A stretch of DNA of 63,760 nt, filler included, from Octopus bimaculoides (taxonomy: Eukaryota): NCBI RefSeq assembly GCF_001194135.2. It is 7 parts of 6 records of this genome, joined end to end, with 100 filler letters (N's around TTAATTAATTAA, not from the genome) between each part and the next. Parts side by side here need not be neighbours in the genome. Positions count along the whole stretch, not along the records: positions 50,055 to 58,064 come from NC_068986.1; positions 58,165 to 61,357 come from NC_068989.1; positions 61,458 to 63,760 come from NW_026438818.1; 4 more parts are not named here. One strand, given 5' to 3'. Both the position numbers and the translations under genes were made by a program. Below, one piece after another: positions 51,930 to 63,760 of the stretch (position 1 is its first letter; each line of letters opens with the position of its first letter). The notes under the pieces were generated by a model that saw nothing but the letters and a program-made list of their open reading frames with translations, was not told the origin of the DNA and did not search any database.

Positions 51930-52560
51930 CACCAGCTTTGTTCGACATTCTAACCCGTTTTTCTCGATGGCTATACCAGTCTGGCCTCATTTGCTAATAG
52001 AATCCTCACTACAGGCGTCCATCTTTTCGCAAACACGCTTTGCAGCAACTATCTCTTCTCCAGATAGATTTTTCTGTTGAAGTGGTAGTTAAAATAAATT
52101 ACCAATCCTCGTCCCCAGAGGAAGGTACCCGTCAGAATTCCTCTTCTACGCGTCTTTCATACTGTCTCTTTTAGCATGGCTGGTACATAGAAAAAAGCAC
52201 GCCTTCCTCTCCTTGTTAAAGGAAGGAGGCGGTACAATCTTGATGATAGATTCAGCAGATAGCTGTTCTCCTTCTCTGCTTGAGATATGCTCTCAGCTTC
52301 CTTATTTCCGCCCACTGCACGAGGAATTGCAGGACAGTTTTACTGCCCCGCCTGCACCTTGCGCATGTCATTGGGATGGCATAACCGTGCCTTGACAGGC
52401 TCTCTCGATCATGTAAGACAGATCGCTAACAGAACCAAGCCAGGACTTCCTGGTAATTATCCAGGTACCTCAGCCCGAAGGTTCTTCCTCACAGGTTGAT
52501 CAACTGATTTCTATCGAAGCCCAGGCTCTCCCCAGGAAATCGTCTGACACGAACTCTACT
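51930..52560 (-). mobile_element. Tx1/L1-clade LINE C-terminal fragment
   Basis: Nucleotide homology with 60050-60602 (e.g. ccttgttaaagga..ggcggtacaatcttgatgataga). Confidence 0.78.
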
Positions 52561-52599
52561 AGCCGCTCCTTTTCTTTTCGGTCTAACATATCGGTTTAA

Positions 52600-53517
52600 T
52601 CTTCTTTACCACCATGTATATTTTCTTTTGTCACTCCCATTATATTTCTATTTCTTGATATCAATACCTACATTTCCTACTAAAACAATACTTGCTGCCT
52701 TGATCAAATTGTTTCTGTGATGTTTTTTGATGTTGAAGTGTTTCAGAATTTTATTCACGTATTTCGTTTCTTGGTTCAATTTTCACTTTTAACGTTGCAA
52801 ATAATGCCGGTATCGTTCTTCTGTAGCCTTGCCTTTATTCTGTCGTAGATTGCCTTTTGCCCATCTGTCAAGTCACCATTAGTTTTACTTTCTTCTTTCA
52901 AACCATCTTGATGTTTCTCATCGAGCAACCTGTCACTGTTATTTTCCTGTGGTTTATTAGAGATGTCACCTCTGTTTTCTGCTATGAGATTACTTTTATT
53001 AGTAGAAACTGTATTTTCATCGTTTCCCATGCTGCTGCTTTCCAATACTCGTCATCTGATTGTTTCGAACTCTACGTCTGTGATACAACGCTTTATTTTC
53101 ATATTGCTCTAGCTTGATCACATAATCTCTATTCCGTCAGTTGAAACAATCCTCTTTTTCACCAATCGGTAAACCCTAAGGTGTCCACAATTTTAGTCTA
53201 CGGGCTTGTCCAGGTACTATCATTCCATGACCACAGCATATATTTGTTTGTTCCATCTACACTATGTGTGCTGGTCCCTTGCCGGATAAAGACATGCTGG
53301 AGTCGGACCAGTATCTCTGAGTCTGCCGCGTGTGACACTGTCAACGTCAAGGGCTTCAGTTTCATTACCACCGTTATTCACAATCAATTGTTTTTTCATT
53401 GTCACTCGTATGATATAGCTGTTATCATGTTGCGCTTTTACCAGTGTTTTTATTGTGTCACCATCAATAGATGTATCATCAATCAGAGCATAGGGAGATT
53501 CCAACCGCTTCCTTAGA
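52600..53517 (-). mobile_element. R4/Dong-type retrotransposon 5' end (decayed ORF N-terminus)
   Basis: RWNKQIYAVVME..YLDKPVD; W*KRGLFQLTE*RLCDQARAI; LTDGQKAIYDRIKARL; KNITET. Confidence 0.72.
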
Positions 53518-53518
53518 T

Positions 53519-53523
53519 TACTC

Positions 53524-53599
<76 letters not shown>

Positions 53600-53640
53600 T
53601 ATTATTATTTTTTTAATCATTATTATTATCATCATCATTG
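53519..53640. repeat. (TTA)n / (TAA)n microsatellite
   Basis: Directly visible. Confidence 0.95.
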
Positions 53641-53945
53641 ATCGTATTATTGTCATTTTTAACTAGTATCCACAAGTTTTCAGGTATCTTTCAAGTGCTT
53701 AGCACCCTCCTGATGATCCTTGCTATCTCTAAGAGACAAGCGTTCTATACGAGCCCTACTGGGCGGTGAACGTCCTCCATACCGGAACACAAGCTCTTTC
53801 CTTCGATATCGAGAGCTTTTCTTACAATCCTTGCTGTTCCCCAGTAGAACATGTTTCTGAATTTATGCAAATCTTGTAGTTACAACAATCACAGTAAGGG
53901 ATCGATTAAGTCTGTTGGTAATTGTTTGTAAGATTCTTTTATACA
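53641..53945 (-). mobile_element. R4/Dong-type 3' ends, two stacked C-termini
   Basis: IQKHVLLG/TARIVRKALDI then NACLLEIARIIRRVLST*. Confidence 0.72.
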
Positions 53946-54038
53946 TTCTGTGATGGAGATCGAACAGAAGCCGAATATGTGAGCAGATATTGAAATGTTG
54001 TGGAGAGAGTACAATACATAAATTGTAAACACGATTTA

Positions 54039-54080
<42 letters not shown>

Positions 54081-54407
54081 TCAGAAATTATAACCGTCTA
54101 AAAATAAGTATAACGTATACATTTATAAGAATATTTGATTGCTTAATGAATGCATATTGGCATGTTATTTTTCTTGCTATATGATAACTAAGATTCATTA
54201 ATGAGTGCGACTACACGTAACGAATATACATTACCTTGTATACATTACACGCATATACATTACATACACATCATACACACCGGTTCGTATAGAAAAAGTA
54301 TATATGCATAATTCACCACTGCAATGATATATGCTGACATATAGATTTATTGGTCTCACTCTGTCTGTCTCTCTCTCTCTCTCTCCCCATCTCTCTCTCT
54401 CTCTCTC

Positions 54408-54467
<60 letters not shown>

Positions 54468-55470
54468 CACATTATGTATTTATGTATATATGTGTGTATG
54501 TATTTGTATATGCATATTATATAAATATTTAATTATATATATTTATATATATATTTAATTTAACAGACACCCAGTTATGCATTTCATATATTTCTAATCA
54601 ATCGCACATGCATTTTTATATACGCGAGTGAATGTGTCGAACCGGCTGCGATGTCAATGGTGATAATTGTAGTCATCAATCAAACACATTAAAAGATATC
54701 GAGAATTTCAAAAACATTTTACAATTATGTACAGAGAAACACAAATGTCTTGATATTTAATACTTATTTTCCATCACAGATACGAATAGAAATTGAACGA
54801 TATATCTCTTACATCGCCTTCCCCTCTTAATGCATTCCCCACTCTCTTTCTTCTCTCTTTCTCTCTTTCTCCTTACTCTTAGTCAGACAGAAACGTTCAC
54901 AAGCACACATGCGCAAGCTCGCGCACCAGCGCAACCTTCCGTTTAAGTATTGTTTTGCCAAAGTAACTGATTCTCTATTACCAAGTTGGTGATAAAATAT
55001 CCATGCATTTAAATTAAGATTCCGTAACACGTTTATTTGCCGTTGACTTATATCAATCACATTTCCCGGATTCTTTGCTGTGTTTCACGTTAATCCTCAC
55101 AAATGGTTATACATACATAGAAATACATGCAACTATGTAACCAGTCGCAGTCACACTAGTAGTTACAGATGGGTAGTGAAATCCTCATATAATTTTACAA
55201 CTGTACAGAGATATACACATGTGAATATATGCTATATTCATTTGCGCGTATACATACACACTCATATATATANNNNNNNNNNNNNNNNNNNNNNNNNNNN
55301 NNNNNNNNNNNNNNNNNNNNNNNNNNNNNNNNNNNNNNNNNNNNNNNNNNNNNNNNNNNNNNNNNNNNNNNNNNNNNNNNNNNNNNNNNNNNNNNNNNNN
55401 NNNNNNNNNNNNNNNNNNNNNNNNNNNNNNNNNNNNNNNNNNNNNNNNNNNNNNNNNNNNNNNNNNNNNN

Positions 55471-55509
<39 letters not shown>

Positions 55510-56929
55510 CTGACATATATGCACACATACTTAAATACATCCACATACGAACGTACATATTCCAATCTTTTTCTGAGTATATTTGTACATATATGTGTGT
55601 TCTTGTGTGTAGCGTTATACAAGCAAACATATAAAACTGAAAGGAATTTATTGTTTGCACACTCGAGACTATACAATCGAATAGCACGTGTTGTATAATA
55701 TAATATTTAATAGATTCTTTGACATCACTAATGGGACTTCGAGTGTCAAGTTAAAATGATTTAACATATAACATGCATTTATATACATATAAACTTAGTC
55801 CCCTTAGGATGTTAAATAATATTTGAAAGTAAATACGTTATTTGATTGGTTGTTGGAAATCGATAAACTTACCGTTTGCATAAACGGTTTGTACAGGGAT
55901 ATCTAATACTAACATATAAGGGAATGTAGGATAGAAGAGAATTTAAAGAGACGAGAAAGAAAATTAATAACAACTAAGGGATTGCATGAATCGATTAGCT
56001 ACTTGAGAGAAGAAGAATGCATATTGTAAGAAGAATAAACGTTTCACGTTATCTAAAGAAATATACATAATGTAATTGAAAAACGAAGGAAGTACGGTTG
56101 TAAAAATAGAATAGTTTAAAGAGGTGTGATTTATTATTTCTTTTAATAATGAAATAGCTATGAATACTGAGAGAAAATGTATAAAATTTTAAGGTGGAGA
56201 TGTAGAGAGAACACTCAAAATTAACTGTAACAATATAAAAAGAGAGAATATGTTGTAGATGTTTTTGACTTAAAATCGAATGGCTGTTTTCAGTACTACG
56301 TTTTAAAGTATAACCCGTATATATANNNNNNNNNNNNNNNNNNNNNNNNNNNNNNNNNNNNNNNNNNNNNNNNNNNNNNNNNNNNNNNNNNNNNNNNNNN
56401 NNNNNNNNNNNNNNNNNNNNNNNNNNNNNNNNNNNNNNNNNNNNNNNNNNNNNNNNNNNNNNNNNNNNNNNNNNNNNNNNNNNNNNNNNNNNNNNNNNNN
56501 NNNNNNNNATATATATATATATATATATATATACTTATATATGCACACACAGATATGCCTGTATGTATGTGGTGCGTATGTGCGCGTGTGCGTAGTGTTT
56601 GGTATGGGGCGGGGGCGCAAACGTGAAGATAATTATGAAAATATTTCGTCAGATTATGCATTGCAAATCACTTAACAATGATTTTAGAAAAGTATATACA
56701 ATAATTATAATTACTGCGATTATTCCATTAATGAATTTCACAGTGAAATGTATAGTTCTGTTGTAAAACTGACTCCTGGCGTCAGCGGAATGAAAAGTGC
56801 AGGAAATATTATTCAAAATGTCATTGTCAACTCTACACGTTCTTCAGCAATTCTTCGAATACAAAAGTTAGAAAATTGGTTTAAATCCTTACCAGCTTTC
56901 GAAATTCTACATTTGACATGGAAAAAGAT

Positions 56930-57198
56930 ACGTTATTTACATTATTTACAATTGACGGATATTTATCCTCATATTCTTTGTTGTTAACACAACGTTTCGG
57001 CTGACATACCCTCCAGCCTTCATCAGGTGTCTTGGGGAAATTTCGAACCTGCGTTCTCATTCTTGAGGTATGTGTCGATGTTGTTGTTATTAATATCATT
57101 ATCTTCATTATTATAATTATTATTCAGATCACTGCCTGGAATCGAACTCGGAATCTTGGAGCTAGTAGCCCGCGCTCTTAACCACTACGCCATATGCC
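56930..57198 (-). mobile_element. SINE family E, full length, best-preserved ribozyme
   Basis: GGGCATATGGCGTAGTGGTTAAG..GAGTTCGATTCC, AAT-rich linker, hammerhead-like tail. Confidence 0.88.
56986..57031 (-). ncRNA. Minimal type I hammerhead-like motif
   Basis: GACAC-CTGATGA-A-GGCTG gagggtatgt CAGCC-GAAA-CG-TT-GTGTT: stem I of 5 bp, stem II of 5 bp, palindromic AACGTT in place of stem III. Confidence 0.65.
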
Positions 57199-57216
57199 CT
57201 TAGATATATTGCCTAC

Positions 57217-57300
57217 TGGCGTAGTGCAGGTAGGTTCTGATCTTTGTGGATCTGAAAATGTCTTTTGCCGTACTGGTTAAGAGTGCGCTCTACTAACCCC

Positions 57301-57364
<64 letters not shown>

Positions 57365-57530
57365 TCAACAACATCAAAACATACCTTAGGAACAAGAACC
57401 CATGTTCGAAATTTCCCCAAGACACCTCATGAAGACTGAAGGGTGTATCAGCCGAAAGGTTGCGTTTACACCAAACAAGATGACAAATATACGTGAATTG
57501 TAAATAACGTAAATAATGTACATAATTCCT
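57217..57530 (+). mobile_element. SINE family E, decayed copy with interrupted head
   Basis: tggttaagagtgcgc, (AAT)20, gacacctcatgaagactg..cagccgaaaggtt, taaataacgtaaataatgta. Confidence 0.8.
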
Positions 57531-58023
57531 AACTGTATTATGGAAAAAATATGTTTTTATGTTCTCATTCTGTAAATATGAAAACGGCTGTCCATGTATA
57601 TTTTGCCTGCATTCCTGAAATTATGTTTGGTGTGGAAATAATGCGTTTGAAATAGCTTAACATTTAAATAGCAATATATTATTTTTAATTTTTTCATCGA
57701 TAGTGGCATATAACTTCAATAAAATTCACAGGTCTTTCAACGGAAAATCTATTTTTTCGTTACGAATCACGTGTTACGTAATTGAGAGAGAGAATAATGT
57801 CGAATAGAACGGATAGAAATGGATTTCCTTTTATTCGGAATATCTTGCAAGATGATGGTATTATTTAGAAAGAAATGACATCAACTTTACGAAAGGTTGC
57901 ATGTGATATTTCACCACACACAGCCACACACACAAGCACACACATACACACAAACACACACAAGCCTCCACAAAGACAGACACAATCTACACACATATAT
58001 ATATATATGTAAATATATGTATG

Positions 58024-58064
<41 letters not shown>

Positions 58065-59126
58065 NNNNNNNNNNNNNNNNNNNNNNNNNNNNNNNNNNNN
58101 NNNNNNNNTTAATTAATTAANNNNNNNNNNNNNNNNNNNNNNNNNNNNNNNNNNNNNNNNNNNNGCGGCACAAGTGCCAGAAAGGCGACGCTGGGCACAG
58201 GTGCCATCATGATTTCGCTTGCCCCAATAAGTCTTCGCAAGCTGAGTTTTGTGTCCAATGAAGGAGACGACGTTGGCATGGGTGCCAGTCATCGAATTTA
58301 GTTCGATTTCGATTTCACTTGCCTCAACAGGTCTTCGCAAGCGGAGTTTAGTGTCCAATGAAGGAAAGGTACGCATAAGTGGACTAGCTACACCCCTGGC
58401 AGAAGCCTTGGATTTAGGTCTCACTTGGCTTGCCGGGTCTTCTCACACACAGTATATATATATATATATTGTAGCTACCTAAATAATAAATTTATGTTAG
58501 CTCGTTTGATTTATTTTGGGACGACACCAACCAACAAACACCAACACAGCACCCAATGCAACAAACCCAAAATGATGCTGGTCGATTTCAATCAAGATTG
58601 AAGCAAAGGTCATCGAATTTCGAGACACTCGTGTCAATTAACAACGATCACACTTTCATCTGAAACTATCGTGGCCATTGACACTGGTTATGAATAACTC
58701 CAGATTTTGAAAGTCACCGGAAGCAGTCAAGGTTTTTTATGCTGTAACAAGAGACGTAATTTCCCAGTCCTCATTTCCTTTTTCATTCATAGTTAATATT
58801 GCTCCAGAGAATATATTAAAATCTAGATTCCTTACATTTGGTATTTTCAAATATTTTCTATATTGGCAGAAATTGTACACAGCTCCAGGTAAACGTCTAT
58901 TTTCGATTATGAGGTAAAAAAAATAAATAAAAAACAGCAAAGTCTGTAAAAACTGGTCGTGGCCTGCATCAGCAAAAGGTAATCGACAAGACAATTCCAA
59001 GAAGAGTTCAAAGTGTTAATTTGCCGTGAGAAGTTAAATCTGATATTATAGATGTCCCTATTCAAAGAGATATAATACCCGAAATGTCGTATAAATCATA
59101 TGACTAGAATAAGGAAGAAAGAGAAG

Positions 59127-59344
59127 GGATCCTTATGGTTTGACGGCCAACACTTGTTTTCTTAACGAAACACTTTCAAACTTGGGACACTGGTAGAATG
59201 TGTCATACAAAACAACTTTTTCTCTTAGCCTTCTTAACAAAAAATTGTACATCGCAAGTTATTTCATGTTAAAGTTGTCGTATTTCTGTTTCGGTACCAA
59301 AAACACTACATAAAAAAATGTTGGCCGTCAAACCATAAAGATCC
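59127..59344. mobile_element. MITE with 26-bp TIRs and 8-bp TSD (Merlin-like)
   Basis: AAGAGAAG|GGATCCTTATGGTTTGACGGCCAACA ... TGTTGGCCGTCAAACCATAAAGATCC|AAGAGAAG; TIRs match 25/26. Confidence 0.88.
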
Positions 59345-60049
59345 AAGAGAAGTAATCGAGAGTTGTATGGGAAGAGTGAAAGAGTTTGTAAGATATGTTA
59401 AAAGTAAGTTCAACTTGGTACTTTATGATACCTAGTTAATCATAAATAATGTTCGCTATTCTGATAGAATTGTCACATCTAGAACCAATTCATCTAATTG
59501 GTTTTGGGGAATTATAGCCACACCACATAGGTAATTAACATGGATTGTAGCACACACGGGAGTATTGTGAGATCACAAGACAATGGAAAATATCATGGAA
59601 TCGCTGTCAAAGCGATGAGTGTGTCGCGAGGAGTTTTACTGTCGCTCGAGTTGAGCTGGCCAATCTATAAAATAATCTGTTTGTTCGTTTGCCCGCTGTA
59701 CGTTAGTTAGAGAGGTGGAGTAAGAGTGAGAGAGAAATGTAGGCTTGAAGAAAGAAGAGAGGAAGAAGTAGAGAAAGGTGATTAATATCAATATACTTAT
59801 CGTCACGTAGTCAGCTGAAGGTAGAGGCGAAGAACGAGAGAAAAAGATGGAGAGAGAAGTGTTATCGCGGTGGGATGGGGAAGGAATACTTATTACGTGG
59901 TTAAAAAGTTAGCTAAAGGGAAAGTTAGAGAGAGAAATAGGGAGGCAGTTATATTGAGAGAGTGTGAGAGAGAGAGAGAAAGGCAGATAGCGGTGGTATG
60001 TTGATATTCAAAAGTATTTTTTTTATTGAACTAATTTTATAGTGGTCAT

Positions 60050-61357
60050 CAACTTCCTTACGACATCTTTTTTTCAAACACTCTTGGAGGCAGACATCTC
60101 TTCTCCAGTCTGATCTTTCTGGACAGGTGATAGTTAAAAAAAACAACCAATGTGTCCAGAGATAAAGTTGCCTGTCTCAATTCCTCTTCCACGCGTCACC
60201 CATACTGTCTCTTTCAATACGGCCACTACGCAGAAAAATGACGCCTCCCTTTCCTTGTTAAAGGAGGCAGGCGGCACAATTTTGATGATAGACTCAGTCG
60301 ATAACCGTACTCTTTCCGTATTTGACACCAGTTGTTCGACATAGGTTATCAGTCCCCTTAGTTCCTCACAATGTACGAAAGCGTGCTAGAGAGTCTCACT
60401 GACACACCTGCACCTCGAGCATGTGGGTGGAATATCGGCACCATGCCTTGACAACCTCTCTCGAACTGGCAAGGCCGATCGGTAGCACAGCCAGGTAAGG
60501 GATTTCTGGAAGTTGTCCAGATACCCCGGCCCGAATGTTCCTCCGAACAGGTTGACAAGCTGTTTCTCGTCGAAGCCCAGAGTCTTCCCCAGCACGTCAT
60601 CGGACATGTGCCCTACCAACGCGCTATAAAAACCGCAGTGGTAGCTCCGCTGCCGGTATTGTTCACTCGAGAGAACAGAGCGAGTTCACGTCTGCACTCC
60701 CTCTGCCATTCGCCCATTTTCGGTCTCCACATGATCCATGCGCTTACGTCCCGCAGGGACGTTAGTTGTGACAGGAAGAACTTGACATGCGGTGACCACA
60801 CCCGTTCACCATCCAGGTAGAGCAAGAGGTGTCTCAGCCTCAGCGCATACATGCGCATAATCAGCCAAGGCATCCCTAGCCTACCTTTTAACGGTTTCTG
60901 GCAGCAGATGGAGCGCCTCACAAGTGGTGGTTTCCCATCCACAAAAAGCGGAAAAGGATCCGTTCCAGCTTGGTCAACCACAACCCGGGGCAAGGCACAA
61001 CGGTTAGGCGGTAGGTTATCACAGATGCTATAAACACAAGTGCAACCTCGGCCCTCCTTAACAAGGATAGCGACTTTCCAGACCAAGTCTGGGTTATGGT
61101 CGTCGCCTTGCCCGTGACCTCGCTCCAGTTTTTCTGTCAGGAGATCTAGTCCAACCCAGACCCTAAACAATTTAACCGGGTTCTCCGTCCAACGTCCCAC
61201 GACGCTGTTGGGAGGCATCGACTTGCCCCTCCAGGTGCCGAGTTGCAAGTCGACTGATTTTTCCTGGTTAATTTTTGTTCCTGCCACCGCTTCGTATCCT
61301 TTGATGGCGTCTTTTACACGAGGCAGCTGCCTTTCATCAAACACAATGATGGTGACA
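60050..61357 (-). mobile_element. Tx1/L1-clade LINE, RT C-terminus and zf-RVT region (frameshifted)
   Basis: YEAVAGTKINQEKS..; GKPPLVRRSICCQKPLKGRLGMP; CSRCRCVSETL*HAFVHC; LKETVWVTR. Confidence 0.88.
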
Positions 61358-61639
61358 NNNNNNNNNNNNNNNNNNNNNNNNNNNNNNNNNNNNNNNNNNN
61401 NTTAATTAATTAANNNNNNNNNNNNNNNNNNNNNNNNNNNNNNNNNNNNNNNNNNNNACACGACTGCAAACATTGCAGACCAAGATTTCCCCATTCACTA
61501 TACGAGCTGTGCGCTTTTGCGCAGCTCACTTAAGTTCTTCATGCTGGATACGTGCTCTCTCAAAAGTGTCGATCCCCTCCTTAGCCTGCTATATATATAC
61601 ATACATATATGTATATATGTAAGTATGGGTATATATATA

Positions 61640-61846
61640 TTTTATCTTTTGCTTGCTTCAGTCATTAGACTGCAGACATGCTGGAGCACCACCTCAAAGA
61701 AATTTAGTTGAAGGAATCAACTTCAGTATTTATTTTTTAGAGCCTAGTGTTTATCTTATTGGTCGCTTTTGCTAGACCACTAAGTTACAGAGATATAATT
61801 ACATCAACACCGGTTGTCAAGCAGTAGACAGAAAGACGCACATATG

Positions 61847-61887
<41 letters not shown>

Positions 61888-62045
61888 GATCACCCTATTT
61901 CAGTTTCTGTCTATCAAATCCACTCATAAGGCTTTGGTTGACCTAGGGCTATAGTAAAAGATACTTGCTCAAGGTGCCAAGCAGTGGGACTGAATCTGGA
62001 ACTATGTGGCCAGGAAGCTAAGTTCTAACTACAAAGCCATACCTG
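61640..62045 (-). mobile_element. SINE family A (decayed)
   Basis: Homologous to 32275-32701. Confidence 0.8.
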
Positions 62046-62584
62046 GGCTTCTTTCAGTTTTCATATACAAAATCCACTCACAATTCTTTGATCACCCCAA
62101 AACTTACCACACACCTATTCGTGTGTCTTTTTTTTCTTATTTTAACTCAATTACTGGGATGTGATTTGCCAAGCAGAAGCTATCAACCCTGTTCATATTC
62201 ATTATTTGCTGTATGCAGGGAGCGGTGGGGTCTTAAGCTTGTGTAACATTAGGAGAATTATAAAGAATGCAATATAAGTTAGTTTCAACTACCTGTATGG
62301 TATTTTATGAAGATTTTCCCTTGCTATTTTCTTAATGAGGTCTTTCATAGATTTCTGAAAAAAAAATGTAAAAAAAAAAACTTTCTTTTAAAGACTATAC
62401 CAATTCCCTTTGGAAAGCAAAGCAAAATTTAGAAATATTCTTCGATGTTCTTAAAACTTCCAAAATTTTCACTACTAAAGTAGTGACTGAGAAAGGCACT
62501 CATATTGTCAGTTTCACCTCTTTTCTCTCTTTCTCTCTCTCTCTCTCTTTCATTCTCTGAATTTGCATGTACATCTATATATAA

Positions 62585-62780
62585 GATGTCTGATGATAGT
62601 GCCACATAAAAAGCACCCTGTACACTCTGTAAAGTGGTTGGCATTAGGAAGGGCATCAAACTATTGAAACCAAGCCAAAACAGACTATGGAACCTGTTGT
62701 GGTCCATGGTCTTGCCAGTTCCTGTGAAACCATCCAGCCTATGACAGCATGGAAAACAGATGTTAAATGATGATGATAAT
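62585..62780 (+). mobile_element. SINE family D
   Basis: gtgccacataaaaagcacc..ggaagggcatc..agatgttaaatgatgatg. Confidence 0.72.
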
Positions 62781-62789
62781 ATAAATATA

Positions 62790-63165
62790 TATTGTTAGCA
62801 CTCCGTCGCTTACGACGTCGAGGGTTCCAGTTGATCCGATCAATGGAACAGCCTGCTCGTAAAATCAACATGCAAGTGGCTGAGCATTCCACAGACACGT
62901 GTATCCTTAATGTAGTTCTCAGAGATATTCAGCGTGACACAGTGTGACAAGGCTGGCCCTTTGAAATACAGGCACAACAGAAGCAGGAAGAAAGAGTGAG
63001 AGAAAGTTGTGGTGGAAGAGTACATCAGGGTTTGCCACCATCCCCTGCCAGAGCCTCGTGGAGCTTTAGGTGTTTTCGCTCAATAAACACTCATAACGTC
63101 CGGTCTGGGAACCGACACCGCGATCCTATGACCGCGAGTCCGCTGCCCCAACCACTGGGCCATTG
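62790..63165 (-). mobile_element. SINE family C, full length
   Basis: Reverse of caatggcccagtggtt..ggaaccctcgacgtcgtaagcgacggagtgctaacaat. Confidence 0.9.
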
Positions 63166-63474
63166 ATATTTCACAGAGTTGACTATGTTTTGTGGATTAT
63201 TTGCTCTAAGCACCTTTTGCCTTACACACAAGTTCTAATATTGCTTGTAGGCAAACCGCATTATAACCAGGCAATGCACCTTAATATGCCTGCCACAATC
63301 AGTTTTAGTAAATAAGAAAAACCAGCTCAAGGTGGCTGTGGTTGATAAGAGACACACAGGTAGAACTGTTTGTAGATGAAGAATGAATTCAGTCCTTGCT
63401 GCTCTGCTCAGGCTAAGGAGTGAAACACTTGTAACCTAGTAATGATAAGAAAGGGTTTCCAACATTGATTTCAA

Positions 63475-63655
63475 ATTCTAACACAAGGCCAGCAATTTTG
63501 CGGGAGGAGGTTAAGTCAATTAGATTGACCATCATGCTCATCTGGTACTTACTTTATTGACCCCAAAAGGATGAAAGGCAGTATTTGAACTCATGACATA
63601 AAGACAGATATAATGCTGCTAAAAATTTTGCCTGACATGCTAATGATTCTCTCAG
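63475..63655 (-). mobile_element. SINE family B (decayed)
   Basis: gaccccaaaaggatgaaaggc..atttgaactc. Confidence 0.7.
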
Positions 63656-63760
63656 AATGGATTCAGAAGAAAGAGCTTAGCTTGCAAACCTCTGAGCTTA
63701 GATAGCAAGATTTCGACGTAACCAGAAGATGGATTTAGTATTAATCTTTAATTTGTTTTT

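Overview
AT-rich, microsatellite-dense, gap-ridden animal genomic DNA. The repeat families and CAT/ATAC/TCTA microsatellites suggest an octopus draft assembly (inference). No prokaryotic genes or CRISPR arrays. Most of the window is intronic sequence of one minus-strand gene. I can splice 2 strong and 2 probable exons (39276-39207 partial, 33153-33052, 6879-6760, 1156-1036) into one frame: ...ENGTDAHEAE|DITTKSPLKSHPIILKKTTSDNVTLTKERDGIVT|ARGLGMRVIGGKQGKWGRMGAYVTNVEEGGPADLQGNIRE|GDQIITWDGQSLVDVTFEEAQEIMDHSGNIVQIVIWHRPV|T. This is a complete PDZ domain of the RIM/Piccolo/Fife/Clarinet active-zone family. The rest is decayed TEs: at least 6 SINE families; CR1, RTE, Tx1/L1 and R4/Dong-type RLE LINE fragments; Tc1/mariner remnants; and pogo-like and Merlin-like MITEs. 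The most unusual signal is a set of hammerhead-ribozyme-like folds of at least five different sequence types. One type forms the 3' half of a tRNA-headed SINE, which occurs twice as head-to-head inverted pairs. This suggests a Pol III SINE mobilised by Penelope-like machinery. Almost all listed ORFs are artefacts of N-runs or microsatellites. Repeat boundaries are approximate (about 10-30 bp); exon and ribozyme coordinates were counted base by base.
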